Shown: in pieces, positions 59,568 through 64,000 of the stretch | Numbering within the stretch: the stretch's first letter is position 1 | Layout: every line of letters begins with the position of its first letter | Source: Planctomycetota bacterium | GTDB taxonomy: Bacteria; Planctomycetota; B15-G4 | DNA: 64,000 nt | Assembly: GCA_038212275.1 (NCBI GenBank) | Contig: JBBQUR010000002.1 | Coordinates: forward strand, 96,001 to 160,000 | Direction: 5' to 3' | The notes under the pieces: generated by a model | The model's database searches: none | What the model was told of the DNA's origin: nothing | What the model saw: the letters and a program-made list of their open reading frames with translations, nothing else | Program-made: the position numbers and the translations under genes

Positions 59568-59858
59568 CAGCCAGTGACGACAACGGCACTTCGGTGCGTG
59601 AGCACTCCGCAAGGTCCGCGAGCAGCGGTTCGCGCACCATCGCGTGCCGGCACTTGAGCGCGGCGACGATCGGCACCAAGAACATTCGGAGGAGCCGCGC
59701 CGCGCGTGCCTCCGGCACGCCACGGGAACTCCGGCTCTGCGCAAGTTCCAACGGCCGGGCGTGACGGGGTACACGATGGGGTACATCGCGTTGCGTCGGC
59801 ATGGCAGGCAGGACTCGCTCGGTAGGCGTAAGTCCCGGTCGATTCACGACTAAGGCTG

Positions 59859-59935
<77 letters not shown>

Positions 59936-59982
59936 TCGACCTGCAGCATGACGTCCCTTCGGACGCCGCAAGCAAGCGGGAT

Positions 59983-60012
59983 GTTCTAGTCGAACGCGGG
60001 GTCTCGCGTCAA
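59983..60012 (-). promoter_or_regulatory. Sigma-70-like promoter for tRNA-fMet
   Basis: TTGACG-N18-TAGAAC. Confidence 0.45.
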
Positions 60013-60114
60013 CCGCAGCAAACGCCGGGCATCGCGGCGAGGCGCTCCGATGCGCCTTCGCGCTGCCGACTTGTCGCGGCCGCGCCGCGTGCTGCGCTGC
60101 GAGGGTGCAGCGCG

Positions 60115-60203
60115 TGGTGCCGGAAACAGGACTTGAACCTGCACCCCGTTTAACCGGGACCAGGCCCTCAACCTGGCGTGTCTGCCAATTCCACCATTCC
60201 GGC
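60115..60203 (-). tRNA. tRNA-Leu (GAG)
   Basis: GCCGGAATGGTGGAATTGGCAGACAC, CCAGG-TTGAGGG-CCTGG, long variable arm, TTCAAGT, ACCA. Confidence 0.96.
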
Positions 60204-60332
60204 ATGAGGCGCTGTCACCTCGGCGCGTGCGGCCCTTTGCCTCGCACGTGCGATCAGGGATTGCAGCGCAAACGCGGTCACGGCGTCAAGCCCCGGCCCC
60301 GCGCACAAACTGCTGGACTGCGGGGCGGGCTC

Positions 60333-60380
60333 ACTGCGGGACTGCGGGACGGTGGGACTGCCGAGCTGCCAAGCTGCCGA
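60333..60380. repeat. Degenerate 8-bp tandem repeat (ACTGCGGG / GCTGCCGA)
   Basis: Six units visible in intergenic DNA. Confidence 0.6.
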
Positions 60381-60403
60381 GTCGCGGGGCCGCGCGCCGG
60401 CAC

Positions 60404-62497
60404 TCAGGACCCGACGACGGTCTGGACGTCCAGGATCAGGTCCGCGTCGCGCTCGCCGAGGCGCAGGGCGAGGCCGGCGGCCGACAGCAGCGTCATCCAC
60501 TGCTTGTCCGCGAGCCATGCGGCCGCAAGCCGCGGGACCTCCTGCGTGAGCCGCTGGGCCTCCTGGGCCTCGAGGATGGCGTCGAGCCGCGCGTCGAGCA
60601 GCTTCTGCACGTCGTCGGGGAGGTTGTCCTCCTTGCCGCGGTACTGGGCGAACTCGGGGCCGGCCAGCAGCTCCTTGCGCTTGCGCAGGCGCGCCGGCAC
60701 GAAGTCGATGCGCGTCTCGTCCGCGGCAATCCAGTCCGCGTAGGGCGTGAGCACCTTGCGCAGCGATTCGGCGGAGGCCCACGCGACGAGGTTGGCGCGG
60801 TCGGTGCCGAAGGCCGCCACCGTCGCGCGGACGTCCTTGCGGGTCGCCAGCGCCGAGCGGCTGTTGGTGTAGATGGACACGATCTCGCGCAGCAGGTCGT
60901 TGTCGGTCGCGAGCACGGCCGTGCCGCTGCCCTTGGCGACGTCCGGGTCCAGCACGATGTAGGCGAACTCCTTCATCGGCAGGCCCACCACGCCCAGCCA
61001 CTTCCGCACGCCGACGCCTTCATCCACCTTGAAGCGCTGGTCGTCGGGCACGCCCAGGGCCTTGCTGCCGCGCACGACGACATCGTCGAACTCGTTCCAG
61101 AGCGACAGATCCTTGACGTTCAGGATCACCGCCAGGAGCGGCAGCGGCTGGCTGCCCTTGGGAACTTCGTGGTCCAGCGGCCGGAAGGCGAGCGTGAGCT
61201 CGTCGCCCAGCATGCGCGACAGGAAGCTGATCAGGCCCGCCACGTTGTCCACCTTCCACGTCGGGCTGTAGCGCGCCAGGTCGCGGATGCTGCTGTTGAG
61301 CAGCTGCAGCTCGTCGGGCCCGAGCGAGTCGGCCACCGTCTGCAGCAGCGGGCGGATCTCCACGTTCATGCTGATGACGGCGCTCATGTCCTGAGGCAGC
61401 AGGCCGGCCATCGCGGCGAGGCGCTCGCCCGCCTTGAAGGTCGGGGCGCCGAGCAGCCCGGCGCGCGCCACGGCCACATCCTTGGCGGACATCTCGCCGT
61501 GCACGCGCAGCGTGAGGTCATCGTCCACCTCGATGCGCCCGACCAGGTCTCCGAAGAGCCGCGGATCGACCAGTTGCGTGAGCGCATTGGCCAGCGCATC
61601 CGGCTTCTTCTCGGCCAGGCTGTCGCCGGCCTCGAGCCGCGTGAAGAGCCGGGCGAAGTCCAGCTGGAACTCGGCCGAGAAGCGCTCCTGCGGCTCGCCG
61701 GTCGCGGGCGGCAGGTCGTCGTGCCAGAGATTGGAGAGCCCGAGGCTGGAATCGGCGCCGCCGTCCGTCGCGCGGAGCAAGTCGCGCACCAGCGCCTCGG
61801 CTCGCCCCGCGATGAGCAGATCCTGCTTGCGGGCGTAGTACCAGGCGCCCCCCGCGTCTTCGGAGCCGGAGCCGTTCCAGTTCGCGGGCAGGTCGAGCCG
61901 GCGCCAGAACAGCCCGGGCACCTCGGCGTCCTCGACCTTGGTCAGCGTGGCGCCGGGCAGCGAGCGACTCAGCGCGGACTCGGTGTCCAGCAGCTCGATG
62001 GCCAGCTTGGCCTTGTCGCTCAGCCGCGCCATGAGTGCGTACTGCGCCTCGCCGGCACCGGCCGGCGGCAGCCGCCCCACGACAGCCACCTCGCGCCCGA
62101 GCAGGTCGGCCAGCGGGTCCAGTGGCGAGTCGACCAGCGCCGCACGGGTGGAGGCGATGCGCGCATCCAGCTCCTTCGGCCACTGCAGCGACTGCCACCA
62201 GGTCGTCTTCTCGAGGTCCTTGAAGGCGCGCGTGCGCCGCAGCCGCGTGACGAAGCGGGGTTCCGGGAAGGAATCGATGTCGCTGGAAAGGGCCTCGCGG
62301 TGCACGAAGAGGTCCACGTCCCGCGGCACGAGCGCGGTGAAGGGCGCCACGCTGCCCTCGAACGGATCGAAGAAGACCTGGGTGAAGGCGAAGTAGAGCA
62401 GCGGCAGCAACAGCACCAGGCCGATGCCGACCTTGACCAGCCAGCCGCGCGAGCCCTGCCGCCGCTCGCGGCGCTTCACGGTTCTCCTGCGGGCCAT
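60404..62497 (-). CDS. Membrane-anchored hypothetical protein
   Basis: AGGAG RBS; basic N-terminus plus one TM helix; 697 aa with host-like codon usage. Confidence 0.8.
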   Translation of the reverse strand: MARRRTVKRRERRQGSRGWLVKVGIGLVLLLPLLYFAFTQVFFDPFEGSVAPFTALVPRDVDLFVHREALSSDIDSFPEPRFVTRLRRTRAFKDLEKTTWWQSLQWPKELDARIASTRAALVDSPLDPLADLLGREVAVVGRLPPAGAGEAQYALMARLSDKAKLAIELLDTESALSRSLPGATLTKVEDAEVPGLFWRRLDLPANWNGSGSEDAGGAWYYARKQDLLIAGRAEALVRDLLRATDGGADSSLGLSNLWHDDLPPATGEPQERFSAEFQLDFARLFTRLEAGDSLAEKKPDALANALTQLVDPRLFGDLVGRIEVDDDLTLRVHGEMSAKDVAVARAGLLGAPTFKAGERLAAMAGLLPQDMSAVISMNVEIRPLLQTVADSLGPDELQLLNSSIRDLARYSPTWKVDNVAGLISFLSRMLGDELTLAFRPLDHEVPKGSQPLPLLAVILNVKDLSLWNEFDDVVVRGSKALGVPDDQRFKVDEGVGVRKWLGVVGLPMKEFAYIVLDPDVAKGSGTAVLATDNDLLREIVSIYTNSRSALATRKDVRATVAAFGTDRANLVAWASAESLRKVLTPYADWIAADETRIDFVPARLRKRKELLAGPEFAQYRGKEDNLPDDVQKLLDARLDAILEAQEAQRLTQEVPRLAAAWLADKQWMTLLSAAGLALRLGERDADLILDVQTVVGS

Positions 62498-62754
62498 GCG
62501 AAGGGGTGCTCCTGTGAGGAAGGGGCCAAGATTCTAGGACGCCGCGACGGCAAAGCGGCGTCCCGATCCTCGCCGGCCTCCCGCGCCAGGTCGGCGGCGA
62601 GCTCCCCGCGAGCGCCCCTCGAGCGCCCCTCGATTGAACCTCCAGCGAACGAGTCGACGGACCGCGGGGGCCGGGCGCCGATCCGGCGCGCTGCTCGCAC
62701 GCCGTCGATGTTGGCTGCCTTGCGAGCCTCCGGCCGCGCCGATATCGTCCCTCC

Positions 62755-63957
62755 ATGCAGCTTTCCCGGCGCGTTCTCAGCATGTCCGGCTCGGCCACCC
62801 TCGAGCTGGGAGCGACCATCGCGGCGTTGCGCGCCAAGGGCGTGGAGGTCATCGGGCTGGGCGCCGGCGAGCCCGACTTCCCGACGCCGCCCGAGGCCAT
62901 CGCGGCCGCCGCGGCCTTCATCGCCAGGGGGCGCGTGCTCTACACGCCGGCCAGCGGCATCCCGGAGCTGCGCGAGGCCGCCGCCGCGGAGCTGTCGCGC
63001 AGCGCGGGCACGCCGTTCAAGGCGTCGCAGGTCATCGTCACCAACGGCGCCAAGGAAGGCCTCGTGCTCGCCGTCCTCGCGACGTGCCAGCAGGGCGACG
63101 AAGTGCTCGTGCCGACGCCCGCCTGGGTCAGCTACGAAGCCATCACCTCCATCGCCGATGCGCGCATGGTGCCCGTGCCCTGCGAGGACAGCAGCGGCTT
63201 CAAGCTCACTCCGGCGCAGCTTCGCGCCGCCATCGGGCCGAGCACGCGCGCGCTCATACTGAATTCGCCCAACAACCCGACGGGCGCGGTCTACTCGCGC
63301 GCGGAGCTCACGGCCCTGGCCGAGGTGCTGGCCGGCACCGCGGTCACGGTCATCTCCGACGAGATCTACTCGCCCTTCAGCTACGCGGGTGAGCACGTCT
63401 CGCCGGCGTCGATCCCCGGCATGGTCGAGCGCACCGTGGTGATCAACGGCGTCTCCAAGAGCCACTCGATGACGGGCTGGCGCATCGGCTTCCTCGGCGC
63501 GCCGCCCGCGCTGGCGGACGCCGTGTCCAGCCTCAAGAGCCATCTCACCAGCAACTCCGCCGCGCCCAGCCAGCACGCCGCGCTGGCCGCGCTGCGCGCC
63601 GGCGACGGCTTCACGACGCGCATGCGCGCGGCCTTCGCCAAGCGCATGGCGCTGGCCGTGAGCGCGCTCGACGCGATTCCCGGCATCAGCCTCGTGAAGC
63701 CGGAGGGCGCCTTCTACGTCTTCCCGCGCGTCGACGGCTTCTACGGCGCGCAGGTCGCCGACAGCGCCGACATGTGCCGGCAGCTCCTCGACCAGCAGCG
63801 CGTGGCCGCGCTGCCCGGCGCCGCGTTCGGCGACGACCGCTTCATCCGCTTCTCGATCGCGATCGATGACGAGCTGCTGGCCGAGGGCCTGCGGCGCTTC
63901 GCCACGTATCTCGACACGTTGCGCGTGCCGGCCGGCAGACCCGGCGCGCCGCGCTGA
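62755..63957 (+). CDS. aspC: PLP-dependent class I/II (aspartate) aminotransferase
   Basis: GEPDF, NSPNNPTG, SDEIY, SKSHSMTGWRIG, PEGAFY. Confidence 0.92.
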   Translation: MQLSRRVLSMSGSATLELGATIAALRAKGVEVIGLGAGEPDFPTPPEAIAAAAAFIARGRVLYTPASGIPELREAAAAELSRSAGTPFKASQVIVTNGAKEGLVLAVLATCQQGDEVLVPTPAWVSYEAITSIADARMVPVPCEDSSGFKLTPAQLRAAIGPSTRALILNSPNNPTGAVYSRAELTALAEVLAGTAVTVISDEIYSPFSYAGEHVSPASIPGMVERTVVINGVSKSHSMTGWRIGFLGAPPALADAVSSLKSHLTSNSAAPSQHAALAALRAGDGFTTRMRAAFAKRMALAVSALDAIPGISLVKPEGAFYVFPRVDGFYGAQVADSADMCRQLLDQQRVAALPGAAFGDDRFIRFSIAIDDELLAEGLRRFATYLDTLRVPAGRPGAPR

Positions 63958-64000
63958 CGCACGCACCACCGCACTCACAAGCCAGAGGACGACACATGGG

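Noticed and set aside
63996..64000. ATG after GAGGA at the right edge
   Set aside because: Probably the next gene, but too little sequence to call

Overview
Very GC-rich bacterial DNA. The gene set points to Planctomycetota/PVC (PVC-type heme-binding giant protein, ThuA-like lipoprotein, many secreted multidomain proteins); this is an inference. Core genes: partial Ser/Thr kinase, TPP riboswitch-thiC-phhB-thioredoxin, S8 protease, tandem USP, FG-GAP and Kelch propellers, arylsulfotransferase-NHL fusion, Tm-1-like pair, ChaN fusion, SOUL/fasciclin genes facing a CarH-like regulator, AlkD-like protein, tRNA-fMet, tRNA-Leu, aminotransferase. Three accessory blocks: (i) a ~3 kb hipBA + decayed AAA-ATPase block and (ii) an ~18 kb copper-resistance + cyclic beta-1,2-glucan block, each flanked by diverged direct copies of the 3' end of the upstream protein-coding gene with no intact integrase; (iii) a lower-GC block at the tRNA-fMet 3' end with a nucleotidyltransferase two-gene module. 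Best leads: a ~120-aa domain ending in Pro-stop shared by unrelated secreted proteins (candidate sorting/anchoring signal), an unassigned multi-hairpin candidate ncRNA at ~6.85-7.15 kb, and the insertions at CDS 3' ends. All calls come from reading motifs by eye; no searches were run.
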